A stretch of DNA of 64,000 nucleotides from Antedon mediterranea (GCF_964355755.1 NC_092673.1:23867648-23931647); one strand, 5' to 3'. Shown: positions 13,103 through 26,467, counted from the first letter of the stretch. Notes: generated by a model not told the origin, from the sequence alone. Translations and numbers: made by a program.

Positions 13103-14731
13103 TTTAACCTGTTCATAGAATTTAAAATATCATTCAGGGAAGTAGCTAGAAAAGTATAGAAATAGGTAGGAAAAATTGTTTTGGGCGGTTGTGCTACTGT
13201 ATGTTCAAATTAATAACACTAATGTTTTGTTTCCACAAAATACATTACAGCATTTCACATATGAGTCTTCCTAACTAAGCTCTATCAATCTCTACCAGTA
13301 TAAAGTATAAATTATTCAAAATAGAATATTTGGAGTGCTAATTATGATTTTTTTCAAATTTATTGTCATATGTCATGTAATTATAATGCAATACAGACAT
13401 TATTGACGCATTGTGCATTCTCAAAACTAAATACATAGATTTATACAACATTTAAAAAAAAATCAGTCTAAAAGAATTGTATTGAAGAAAATTCGGATCA
13501 ACTGCCGTTTTGGCTCCGGAGTTTTTTTTTAGGGTTATTCCATTATTAAAGTGGGGGGTGTGTGGTTATGAATATTGTGTGCAGGTACGTCAATAGAAAT
13601 GACATTGAGAGCCCTCTTCTGTCAGTTGACTGGTTCCCGGTCTACCGCCTTGTAATTGACTTAATCATGATCGAATTCCAACAACTTAAAAATATACAAA
13701 ATGTTTACATAATTATATAACAATGTAGATCTATCTAATAATGTTTTTATTTTTTTGCAGATAAAGGAGGATCATCAATAAGATAAAATGATAAAAATTC
13801 CAGGCATTTAATATACGGTTTACTGATAAAATATAATGTACCAATGAAATAAACCTGGTGTTCTGAAACATATTTTAATAACTTTTGCCGGCCTAGCGCC
13901 TTTGTGTATCTAAATCTATCTAAATAATTAAGTTAGTACAGTATTAACAAATAAAGGGTTAGGGTTATGTATAATAAAATGATAGAAATGAGGCATTATC
14001 TAATAATGTTTTTATTGATTTTTTTTTCTGATTTTTATAGTTTTAAAATTCAAGTACCGTTTTTATAGCGTTATGTATCCTGTAAATGCTAACCTAAAAA
14101 CGTTATCTGAATGTTTCTTTTGACGTTATAGAAATGTAATAAAATAACGGTTATAGTGAACCTAAACATTAACCAAACACTAACATTAGAAAACCACTAT
14201 GTGTTTGCTGGACTGCCACAATGGAACAATAGACCTAGGTATGTTAAACAAAGAAATCACATCAAAGCAGGGTGGAGACGGAATTTTAAGACAAAGGCGT
14301 TCTATACAAATGCAAATCATTCATGTATACTTTTTACAAATTTTGTTTAGTTTCTTTATTAAAAGATTTTGATATGCTGTTATATATAAATATTCTAATA
14401 CATAGAATAGCAAAATTATCATAATACATAGGATAGCAAAAAATAAACCAAACATAACAACAAAATTTAATTGACAATGTATTTTTATTTAGAAATTCAT
14501 TTCAATAATATAAATATTTTTTATTAAATTACATCATTATTTACTTACAATTAATTAATTACTTAACTTACATTACAGTAACTGAATAAATGGTACATAA
14601 AATTACTAAATAATTGCACATAAAATGCAGGTTATAATAAAGACATAAGTATACATATAATGGTACAGGTTATAAATATTAAAATTACGTTTTTTAAATG
14701 TAATTATAATAATTAATGATGAGAACACTTA

Positions 14732-14868
14732 CGGTTACGAGTAGACATGTACATTGGTACATTACAGTACGAGCAATCCTTGGCAGTTGGATAAAAACCC
14801 CTTCGTTGGAAAAAGTCCAGGTAGTCATCAAATCCATTAAACAAATGTGGTCCTATCTTCGGCAGCAT
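14732..14868 (-). pseudogene. Possible remnant first exon of a Merlin/ISXO2-type transposase
   Basis: ATG-initiated MLPKIGPHLFNGFDDYLDFFQRRGFYPTAKDCSYCNVPMYMSTRN ending at a GTAAGT donor. The F-x-x-RG...CxxC-x-x-x-M pattern resembles the N-terminal Zn-ribbon of ISXO2-like transposases. No catalytic exons were found. Confidence 0.45.
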
Positions 14869-15550
14869 GGTCCTTGGTTTAAATCACAGTAAAATCAAAT
14901 CGAGAACGCAGTAAAATATTGGAGTTGTAGGCCTATAATATAGTTGAAAGTTTTTCGAAAAATGAGTGATTTGAAGACAACTGATCTTGGTTTATATACA
15001 TGTGCCATATTTTAGTTTGTATACATAGCTCCATGTCGGCATGAGTGATATTGTTATATGCTTTATTATGTAATATTGTAAGCTTCAATGAGACACCTTT
15101 GTGCAGCGATAAAAAAAAGTAAAACTATGCTACAGCGGTTTTTGTTTCTTAACCTGATTACATATATTTTATTAATATTTATTCTTCCCAACAATTTTTT
15201 TTTATACTCAAAATTTGAAACACTACCGTTTAGCCTTTTCATTCAAATTGAAGATTGAATTTAATGAAATTTTATGTACTGTACTGTTTAACAAATCAAC
15301 ATAACGGTACAATAGGTTATGATTATTTCAAACCAAAATAGCTAGGTTTTTAAGGACTGATTTATCTTTAAAAAACGCCTAGAAATAAAAGAGAAAGAGA
15401 GAGAGAGAATAGCAATTACGTGTTGGAATAATACAGTAGTAACGGTACAATATATAATCATTTTGGTAAAGAAAATCAAATACTAGGTTTTTTAAGGTCT
15501 GATTAAACCGAAGTGTGACGTCGTCTGGAAGCAGGAATTTAATATTCATA

Positions 15551-16268
15551 ATTAGGTGATCATTTAGAATAAAATGATCACCTATTGTTATTGTATCAAA
15601 TCTTTATTGGTTATCTGCAACGAAGTTGCTGATAACCTCTTGTGATTGTACGAAATCATCATCAACATCAACTTTTTATTTCTCTTCTTTCTTTCTGTAT
15701 GATTTTTGTGTAACGCTTTTCTCTGAAACTTGCAAACATAACATTTTGTGAACTATGTTAACATTTTGACATTTGTGTAACGTTCATATAAAAATTAAGC
15801 CTATTGGATGTTTTGATGTTACCGTATGGCCAGTTGAAGTTAAAAAGTATTTTTTTCATCACTTTCGTAAAAGTTATACAATTTTTAAATAGCGCGCACC
15901 GCCCTTCTACGTGCCAAATTTTCTTCCAATTGTTATATTTTATTACTCAATTCATTATCTTTCGATATTGTTATCTTCAAGTTTATTTTGACAACGTCAT
16001 CATACCAAAAAATTAGAACATGATGTGGGTCCCGTAATTTCACCTATGCTACACTGTATATAGATATACACAGTACAGTATATACTGTACATATTGTATA
16101 TGGCATATAATAGGCACAACTCAGCACTATAAGCGTATAATAGGATGGCATACATCAACATTTTCCGATTGTATGTTAACGTAGGTGCATGTTTAAAAAA
16201 TATGAATGTCAATAAAATGATAAAAATGATCACCTATAATTCGTCAAAGTGACGAATTAAATTCTAGT
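15551..16268 (+). mobile_element. Helentron-associated (HINE/DINE-1-like) non-autonomous element nested in the Merlin-like element
   Basis: 5' sub-TIR AGGTGATCATTT with a nearby inverted copy, 3' sub-TIR AAATGATCACCT, then hairpin AATTCGTC-AAAGT-GACGAATT and a CTAG(TT) end. Confidence 0.6.
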
Positions 16269-18289
16269 TACAAGTTGTACTTGGATATCAAACTGTCTCT
16301 ATTTGGTCGTCTTGAGCCTCAAGAGAATAGCAACTATGTATGAGCTGTAATAAACAGTAAGTACAGTATAGAAATCATATATCGACTAGCATTAAAATTA
16401 AAAGTAGGAGTCTGTAGTACAGTGAAAAATTTCATTTCAAAATTTTAGCAAAATTGCTAATCAAACTGATTTAGTCGAGAAACATAGTTTTGTATTGTAT
16501 TTTTTGCTACACAATTTTCGAAATGTGTAGCAATAAGGTTGTTTTGTATAGGTTTTTGCTATGCCACACTGGCGAAATTATTCCTTGTAGTAGATAAAAG
16601 AGACGTTCAAAACAGGTTAAAAAAGAAAATCATAGTACGGTTATTATTGTACAGTATATTAATTAAACAAGCTGAACATTTTATATAGTGATTTAATACG
16701 CAAATAATGTTTCTTTTTTACTGCAGAGTTTACGTGAATTTCTGTCAGCATTGATCATGTTGTATTCCACCACCAGATTTGCATTTGTAAAGAACGCCTT
16801 TGTCTTAAAATTCCGTCTCCACCCTGCTTTGACGTGATTTCTTTGTTTACCATACCTAGGTCTATTGTTCCATTGTGGCAGTCCAGCAATCACATAGTGG
16901 TTTTCTAACGTTAGTGTTTGGTTAATGTTTAGGTTCACTAATAACCGTTATTTTATTACATTTCTATAACGTCAAAAGAAACATTCAGACAACGTTTTTA
17001 GGTTAGCATTTACAGGATACATAACGCTATAAAAACGGTACTTGAACTTTAAAACTATAAAAATTTGAAAAAAAAATCAATAAAAACATTATTAGATAAT
17101 GCCTCATTTCTATCATTTTATTATACATAACCCTAACCCTTTATTTGTTAATACTGTACTAACTTAGTTATTTAGATAGATTTAGATACACATAGGCGCT
17201 AGGCCGGCAAAAGTTATTAAAATATGTTTCAGAACACCAGGTTTATTTCATTGGTACATTATATTTTATCAGTAAACCGTATATTAAATGCCTGGAATTT
17301 TTATCATTTTATTTTATTGATGATCCTCCTATCTGCAAAAAAATAAAAACATTATTAGATAGATATACATTGTTATATAATTATGTAAACATTTTGTATA
17401 TTCTTAAGTTGTTGGAATTCAATCATGATTAAGTCAATTACAAGGCGGTAGACCGGGAACCAGTCAACTGACAGAAGAGGGCTCTCAATGTCATTTCTAT
17501 TGACGTACCTGCACACAATATTCATAACCACACACCCCCACTTTAATAATGGAATAACCCTAAAAAAAAACTCCGGAACCAAAACGGCAGTTGATCCGAA
17601 AATTCAACTGCAGTACAGTTAGTATATTCTTCAATACTTTTATTACCCTTGCCAATACTTTTATCTCCTGTAAGTGTGATTAGTTTATTAGTAATACCTT
17701 TTGATCATGTACTGAATTAACTTGATGTTTTACTTGAATATGATTTCTGGTTAAATATGGAAAGCATGAAACTATTTTGCAATTAAATCTACAGTTGCTG
17801 AGGAAATTTACAGTAGATCTGCTAAGCATACCCTAAATGGAAGAACAATTATAAAGTAACTAAGGACAAATATTTTATTAATATTTCAGTAATGATTTTA
17901 GAACAGGATAATTTTAACATTATATCTGAATATAACTAGAAAAAGGCTGTTCTAAACTTCATTCCGTCTTGGCAAATGGTAAGAAAAGATGATGATGATA
18001 AAGACGATGAGTAAAAAAATGAATGATGAAAGATGCTGTCATCAATGGGTTTTGAACCTGGTGCGTGAGCACTGACCACTCACGATATGGAGAGATGTCA
18101 TAATCAATATTAGTATTTATCAAACATTTATTGAGCATGCATTATAAGGTTTATCGTAAATAGCTTGATTTTATGAGGAATGTCCTTTCAAAATGCTTGT
18201 GGGAAGGAGCAGACGTCATGACGCGTACATATACAATACAAACAACAAAACCCTTCCCACCATGCGTCGTGCACGCTATTTGCGATTTA

Positions 18290-20756
18290 GGGTCCTACTA
18301 AACACCACCAGATACCTACTAGAGCAATAAATCCTACCACCAGAGAGCAGCCACCTGTTTGGAATTGATTATTAAGGGTATACTGCAAATTTCAAAGCTT
18401 AATTCTTTCAGAAACTGATAAAATTGAAGTTTAAAGTTGAATTTCTCGCCGTCGTATTCCAGAACCGAATGCGTTTGATAAACATTATAGCAACGAAACG
18501 AACGCATTCATCCGTGTCTCTTGTGTATTGTATTCAACGGTCAACTATGATTTTTGCAATTTGCAATATAGGCTAGGCCTACCCTTAATAATCAGGTGGC
18601 TGCTCTCTGGTGAGTGTTGACAAAGTGCGAGGCAGCGAGGCACGCGAGGCAAGCGCGGCATGCCAAATATTTGTGCGAGGCATCATTTTATCATTTCCAA
18701 AAGTGCGAGGCATGCGAGGCATATAGTTTACAATTTCAAAAAGGTGCGAGGCATATCTTAACGTGCTATTATGCTATATTATAGGCCTAATAATCAATCG
18801 ATACAAGCGTATCTAAATAGATTCGAGTGTTGACAAAGTGCGAGGCAGCGAGGCACGCGAGGCAAGCGCGGCATGCCAAATATTTGTGCGAGGCATCATT
18901 TTATCATTTCCAAAAGTGCGAGGCATGCGAGGCATATAGTTTACAATTTCAAAAAGGTGCGAGGCATATCTTAACGTGCTATTATGCTATATTATAGGCC
19001 TAATAATCAATCGATACAAGCGTATCTAAATAGATTCGTGTATACACTCATCATGTTGTTTATTTTATTTTACTCACATGTCTCTCGAACATAGCAGAGT
19101 GAAAATAATATTTTGTCACACCCCTGCGCCTAGATCCGGTAGACCCGAGAGATGGAAAATCCCTCTTTACTATTTAGCAGGTAGCGGAATGATTCAGCCC
19201 TCAGCTCAGAGGATTGTGGTGCATTCCCCTCCTATAGCACGTGGTTTCAGCAGCAACGCACAGACTTCTCTCTGAGCAGCGTGCCAAAGACATTTTTTGA
19301 CATTCCATTCTCTAGGAACAACACGTGTACCTCTCTCGCAAATAAAGTGAACAGCGATTGCCAGGACAAGTTCAATAACTGGCGTTAACTGATATGCCGA
19401 TCCAATAACATGCCGCAAAGAAAAAAATTGCAACAGAATTCTGGAGCGCGTGTGAAAAAAGACTTGTAATACTAGGCCTAAAATTAAACTTTAGCTAATA
19501 TGCTTAGCCCTAACCTAGATAAGAGGCCTATGTAGAAAATAATCTAATCAATTTTGATAAAATAGTAATTGGTGTAATATTTAATAATGATACACTATTC
19601 CTGTTTTAGTAAGCTAGGTATATTACGAACGATTTTTATTTATTGTTGTCCATGTACGTACTAATAAACCTGGCGCTAGTTTCCTTAGCTTGTATTTTTA
19701 CTCCAAATTTGATAAATAACTAACTTTATCGTGTATATACCACACCTTAGAAGTATACCTCATGAGTACTTTAATGAAAGAATCACATAAAAAGTAACAA
19801 ATAAATCCTTAAATTAATGATTTTACAGTCGTGTTTCTCGCACACTGTTCGCGAATTTCACTTATTCAATGTTCAATATTTTTGTTTCTATGGAGCGCCA
19901 AAAGAGCAACGATAATAGAGGACTAAAACTCAGTGGAATGCGTCAATTTCTCATGCATTTATTGGTGAAAAACACGTTTTATTTCAATATATTTGTTAAT
20001 TTGTCAATAAAAATGTTGTAATATGTTACTGCTGATACTTTTCTGTTTTCAAAGAATAATAATCGATCCTAAATCAACATCACTACCTAGTCTAGACCTA
20101 GGACATCCTACTAAGGATATTATGATGAATTTTTCTATTTTATTCTTTAAAAGGTAACGAAACCGTGTACATTATCAACAGTAACATTTTTCCTTACTGA
20201 CAGTGACAAAATCTATTGAAATTGTACTTGATTTTCACCAAATAATGCGTTAAATATAAATGGATTCCACAGAGTTTTTAGCCCTCTAATTAATTTTGCT
20301 CTTTTGGCGTTCCATAGAAACCAAAATATTGAACATTGAGTGTGCGAAATGCGAGAAAAACAACGTCTGTAAAATCACCAATTTAATGGATTTATTGTTA
20401 CTTTTATGTGATTTTTCTTCATTAAAGTAGGCCTACTAATTCTAATAAGCTGTGGTATTCAGGATAAAGTTGGTTAAAATACAAGGCAGGTGCAAAAGGA
20501 AACTAGCCTAGCGGGCCTAGGCCTAGGGTAGGCTACTTCAATTTCGGTGATTTCCTGCCTTGCAATTTTGAGAAATGATAAAATGATGCCTCGCATTTTT
20601 TGATGATGGTAAAACGATGCCTCGCATAAATTTCTGACTTGCCTCGCATGCCTTCCCTGCCTCGCGTGCCTCGTTGCCTCGCACTTTGTTGGTAGAATTT
20701 ATTGCTCTAGCCTAGTTGGTATGGCTGGTGGTATCTGGTGGTGTTTAGTAGGACCG
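18290..20756. mobile_element. Composite TIR element with 8-bp TSD containing nested MITE, GCGAGGCA sub-terminal repeats, a ~214-bp tandem duplication and an internal diverged inverted repeat
   Basis: Ends GGTCCTACTAAACACCACCAGATACC / GGTATCTGGTGGTGTTTAGTAGGACC with TSD GCGATTTA (18282-18289, 20757-20764). Inner TIR pair CCAGAGAGCAGCCACCTG at 18340 and 18594. 18612-18825 is repeated at 18825-19038. Diverged IR at ~19675-19975 versus ~20230-20510. Confidence 0.75.
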
Positions 20757-21041
20757 GCGATTTATTATTGATTGTTGTATTGAAAGGATAGAAACTATTA
20801 ACTATGATGAATTAATTATTTAATATCAACGGTAGGCCTGGCTGGTGGTCATACTAAACAACTAGCTAGCTAGGGCCTAGGCTAGTAGGCCTAGCTAGCT
20901 AGGCCTACCCTCTAACTAGTTTAGTAGTAGGCCTAGCAGGCCTACTACTAGCCTAGCCTGGCCTGCCCTAGCCTAGCTAGAGAAGTTGCAATTTTTATAT
21001 AACAGAAAGTAAAATAATTAATAAAATTACAGTATATTTAC

Positions 21042-21137
21042 GTAGCAGGCTAGGCCTAGTAGTAGTGTAGACTGCAATCCGCCGGTGGTGGTGGTGTGCG
21101 AGAGATCGGTGAGGAGGTTTATTTGGTGACGTTTCAT
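21042..21137 (-). other. Candidate upstream first exon of KYAT (possible N-terminal extension)
   Basis: GC/CpG-rich patch. ATG at 21137 reads 32 codons (MKRHQINLLTDLSHTTTTGGLQSTLLLGLACY) to a GTAAAT donor in phase 0, in frame with the GTT AAA ATG start of exon 13108-12998. No homology support. Confidence 0.3.
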
Positions 21138-21217
21138 GAGGGGGTCCCCAACTTATGTACGAAAAAAAAAATCGCGGCCGGCCGGTCGGAGAGAGAGGGG
21201 AGAGAGAGGAGATATAT

Positions 21218-24200
21218 TAGTCCATGGGCTGGAGGGGGGTTACCGTGCACCCCCCCCCTCCCCCACAGTTAAACTTCTTTGGTATCATTTTCTTCCCACG
21301 GACATATAGAGTGAAAAAATCGATGTTAACAAGAAAAATATAGGGATGCATTGTATGTACTTGCGTCATTTGTAATGATCATCAGTGTTTTATCTTCAAA
21401 TATTTTTTGGGGTAGGGGGTAACATTTATCCTAATAACCCAAGAATCCAACATCTAATTAGTATTATCTTAGTAACATTGTGTAGCATACATCTTTTAAA
21501 ATCTTTTAAAATTTCAATAAAATTAATCGGAAGATTATTAAGGTCAGTAGAGGTGAAAAGGTCATTGACCTTTTGCAAAATGCAAATTTTCCCCAAAATA
21601 TAGATAAATTTCAATATCGTATCTACAATTTTCAATATTTTTTATCTTAATTGTGTTTTACTTGTGCTTACTGACATATTGAATAAGAAAATATATGTTA
21701 ACAAGATAAAAATTGCAGTTCATTATATACAAATTGTTATTTTTTATTGTTAAAAATTGCAATAAAAATACATTTTTTGGGGTAGGGGATAACAATAATA
21801 GCAATAACCCAAGAATCAAACATCTAATTAGTATGATCTAGGTGTCGTTGTGTAGCATTCATGTTTTTTAATCATATAAAATTTGAATAAAATTAATCGA
21901 ACCAATTTTAAGGTCAGTAGAGGTCAAAAGGTCACTGACCTTTTGCAAAATTGCAAATATTTGCCATAATGAGATACATTTCAATATCAAATCTCCAATT
22001 TTCAATATTTTTTATTTTAATTGTGTTTTACTTGTGTTTAGTGACATATTGAATAACAAAATATGTGTTAACATGAAAAAAATTGCACTGCATTAATACC
22101 AATTGTCATGTAATTTTGTTATTCTTCAAAATTACAACAAAAAGACATTTTTGGGGTAGGGGGTAACAATTATCCCAATAACCCAAGAATCCAACACCTA
22201 ATTAGTATTATCTTGGTACCATTGTGTAGCATACATCTTTTAAAATCTTATAAAATTTTAATAAAATTAATCGGACTATTAGTAGGGTCAGTAGAGGTCA
22301 AAAGGTCATTGACCTTTTACAAAAATGCACATTTTTGCCAAAATATAGATAAATTTCAACATAGTATCTATAATTTTCAATATGTTTTATCTTAATTGTG
22401 TTTTACTTGTGCTTACTGACATATTGAATAAGAAAATATATGTTAACAAGATTAAAATTGCAGTTCATTATACACAAATTATCATTTTTTATTCTTAAAA
22501 ATTGCAATAAAAATACATTTTTTGGGGTAGGGTGTAACATTAATAGCAATAACCCAAGAATCAAACATCTAATTAGTATGGTCTTGGTGTCGTTGTGTAG
22601 CATTCGTGTTTTTTAATCATATAGAATTTTAATAAAATTAATCGAACCATTTTTAAGGTCAGTAGAGGTCAAAAAGGTCACTGACCTTTTGCAAAATTGC
22701 AAATATTTGCTATAATGAGATACATTTCAATATCTAATCTCCAATTTTTTCAATACTTTTCATTTTAATTGTGTTTTACTTGTGTTTAGTGACATATTGA
22801 ATAACAAAATATGTGTTAACATGAAAAAAATTGTACTGCATTAATACCAATTGTCATGTAATTTTGTTATTCTTCAAAATTACAACAAAAAGACATTTTT
22901 GGGGTAGGGGGTAACAATTATCCCAATAACCCAAGAATCCAACACCTAATTAGTATTATCTTGGTACCATTGTGTAGCATACATCTTTTAAAATCTTATA
23001 AAATTTTAATAAAATTAATCGGACTATTAGTAGGGTCAGTAGAGGTCAAAAGGTCATTGACCTTTTACAAAAATGCACATTTTTGCCAAAATATAGATAA
23101 ATTTCAACATAGTATCTATAATTTTCAATATGTTTTATCTTAATTGTGTTTTACTTGTGCTTACTGACATATTGAATAAGAAAATATATGTTAACAAGAT
23201 TAAAATTGCAGTTCATTATACACAAATTATCATTTTTTATTCTAAAAAATTGTAATAAAAATACATTTTTTGGGGTAGGGTGTAACATTAATAGCAATAA
23301 CCCAAGAATCAAACATCTAATTAGTATGATCTTTGTGTCGTTGTGTAGCATTCGTGTTTTTTAACCATATAGAATTTTAATAAAATTAATTGAACCATGT
23401 TTAAGGTGAGTAGAGGTCAAAAAGGTCACTGACCTTTTGCAAAATTGCAAATATTTGCCATAATGAGATACATTTCAATATCAAATCTCCAATTTTTTCA
23501 ATACTTTTCATTTTAATTGTGTTTTACTTGTGTTTACTGACATTGAATAACAAAATGTGTGTTAACATGAAAATAATTGCACTGCATTAATACCAATTGT
23601 CATGTAATTTTGTTATTCTTCAAAATTACAATAAAAAGACATTTTTGGGGTAGGGGGTAGCATTAATACCAATAACCCAAGAATCAAACATCTAATTAGT
23701 ACGATCTTGGTATCGATGTGTAGCATACAGTATATTTTTTTGTAATCATGTTGAATTTAAATGAAATTAATCGAACGATTATTAAGGTCAATGGATGTTT
23801 GATTCTTGGATTATTGGTATTAATGCTACCCCCTACCCCAAAAATGTCTTTTTATTGTAATTTTGAAGAATAACAAAATTACATGACAATTGGTATTAAT
23901 GCAGTGCAATTTTTTTCATGTTAACACATATTTTGTTATTCAATATGTCAGTAAACACAAGTAAAACACAATTAAAATAAAAAGTATTGAAAAAATTGGA
24001 GATTTGATATTGAAATGTATCTCATTATAGCAAATATTTGCAATTTTGCAAAAGGTCAGTGACCTTTTTGACCTCTACTGACCTTAAACATGGTTCAATT
24101 AATTTTATTAAAATTCTATATGATTAAAAAACACGAATGCTACACAACGACACCAAGATCATACTAATTAGATGTTTGATTCTTGGGTTATTGCTATTAA

Positions 24201-25525
24201 TGTTACACCCTACCCCAAAAAATGTATTTTTATTGCAATTTTTAAGAATAAAAAATGATAATTGGTGTATAATGAACTGCAATTTTAATCTTGTTAACAT
24301 ATATTTTCTTATTCAATATGTCAGTAAGCACAAGTAAAACACAATTAAGATAAAACATATTGAAAATTATAGATACTATGTTGAAATTTATCTATATTTT
24401 GGCAAAAATGTCTTTTTTTGTAAAAGGTCAATGACCTTTTGACCTCTACTGACCCTACTAATAGTCCGATTAATTTTTATTTAAATTTTATAAGATTTTA
24501 AAAGATGTATGCTACACAATGGTACCAAGATAATACTAATTAGGTGTTGGATTCTTGGGTTATTGGGATAATTGTTACCCCCTACCCCAAAAATGTCTTT
24601 TTATTGTAATTTTGAAGAATAACAAAATTACATGACAATTGGTATTAATGCAGTGCAATTTTTTTCATGTTAACACATATTTTGTTATTCAATATGTCAC
24701 TAAACACAAGTAAAACACAATTAAAATAAAAAATATTGAAAATTGGAGATTTGATATTGAAATGTATCTCATTATGGCAAATATTTGCAATTTTGCAAAA
24801 GGTCAGTGACCTTTTGACCTCTACTGACCTTAAAAATGGTTCGATTAATTTTATTCAAATTTTATATGATTAAAAAACATAAATGCTACACAACGACACC
24901 AAGATCATACTAATTAGATGTTTGATTCTTGGGTTATTGCTATTATTGTTACCCCCTACCCCAAAAAATGTATTTTTATTGCAATTTTTAACAATAAAAA
25001 ATAACAATTTGTATATAATGAACTGCAATTTTTATCTTGTTAACATATATTTTCTTATTCAATATGTCAGTAAGCACAAGTAAAACACAATTAAGATAAA
25101 AAATATTGAAAATTGTAGAAACGATATTGAAATTTATCTATATTTTGGGAAAAATTTGCATTTTGCAAAAGGTCAATGACCTTTTGACCTCTACTGACCT
25201 TAACAATCTTCCGATTAATTTTATTTAAATTTTAAAAGATTTTAAAAGATGTATGCTACACAATGTTACTAAGATAATACTAATTAGATGTTGGATTCTT
25301 GGGTTATTAGGATAAATGTTACCCCCTACCCCAAAAAATATTTGAAGATAAAACACTGATGATCATTACAAATGACGCAAGTACATACAATGCATCCCTA
25401 TATTTTTCTTGTTAACATCGATTTTTTTACTCTATATGTCCGTGGGAAGAAAATGATACCAAAGAAGTTTAACTGTGGGGTGGGGGGGGGGGGTGCACGG
25501 TAACCCCCCTCCAGCCCATGGACTA
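21218..25525. mobile_element. 4.3-kb palindromic fold-back DNA element made of ~373-bp tandem units (Academ-like ends)
   Basis: Termini TAGTCCATGGGCTGGAGGGG / CCCCTCCAGCCCATGGACTA flanked by TAT on both sides. The left arm has 7 units (GGGGTAGGG at ~21410, 21780, 22152, 22523, 22900, 23272, 23646). The right arm has 5 inverted units, with only ~100 bp unpaired at ~23692-23792. Confidence 0.9.
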
Positions 25526-26389
25526 TATAGAGAAAAGTGAAGTTGATATAATAGATAGGCCTAGGTATGAGAGGCCAAGCATGTCGTCAACCCGTGGTAA
25601 GTATGGAACGCGAAAAAAATACCCAATTGCCTAATTACTATTCCGTGACTCAAAATAAAATGTTAACGCGCCACCATTCAATATTATCAAACATTGAACA
25701 CATCCAGATAATAAATAATATTCGACATTATCATCTGTCATCAATAACTGTCCTGTTGTGCCTTTATTAGCTGTATGTAAATTAGTATATAATTTATAAT
25801 GTCTTCATTAGAACAGACTGGATTGATTGATTATTCACTCATTACGAATACGAATGATCATCTGTATTATGTTTTTTTTATTAGCGTTCCAGCTCCATCA
25901 CCGTTATATTTATTCTCAACTTGTTTTCCTCTCGTTGGTGGAGATTTCACCCACTTTTATTTCTTGTATAAAAATGCATATTTAATTAAACATATTTGTA
26001 TATAATAAATATATTTTTTTCGTTATATGCATTCTTCATAATGCAACGTGTTCATTAAAAATGTTTCTCTACTTTAATACACTCATACAAGTGTATATAA
26101 CTTTCTCTTACACATCATTAGCCTATGACAATACAATAATAATAATTATAAAATAACTACAGTATTTATATTTTTATAAATCATTTTTCAAATCAATTAT
26201 TTAAACTCATTTCTCACCTATAAACTTAGACATCATATTATATTTATTAATTTGTCTAAGCATCATAGCATGTGTTTCACTTTCTTCTTACACAAACATA
26301 ATTTTCTTATCGTATATTATATTACAACGTCGACTGGAAAACAGGCTTTAGGTGTTTCACTCGAGAAATACATGCAATAATCGGCGATT

Positions 26390-26467
26390 TTGTTTAAATC
26401 ATCATTGTTAAAGGACACATTTATTCGTAACCCTTCTAAAATATTTTTCTTCGTTCATCTCCACAAT
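26390..26467 (-). repeat. Short direct duplication of the ST8Sia terminal codons and stop in its own 3' flank
   Basis: 26390-26467 is nearly identical to 26580-26657. Confidence 0.8.

Larger units (their letters stand above)
13495..17597. mobile_element. Non-autonomous DNA transposon with ~820-bp TIRs and 8-bp TSD, Merlin/IS1016-like
   Basis: TIRs 13495-14318 and 16776-17597 begin GGATCAACTGCCGTTTTGG. Perfect flanking duplication GAAAATTC at 13487-13494 and 17598-17605. GG...CC ends with an 8-bp TSD match the Merlin superfamily. Confidence 0.85.

Noticed and set aside
14156-16938. Paired ORFs MNLNINQTL... on opposite strands
   Set aside because: They lie in the two TIRs and show no recognisable domain.
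19078-19433. Possible transposase remnant inside the composite element
   Set aside because: No DDE or Zn-finger motif is recognisable in the frames checked.
21385-25083. Repeated 60-72 aa ORFs (MLHNDTK..., MVPLCSIH...)
   Set aside because: Incidental frames inside the tandem units of the palindromic element.
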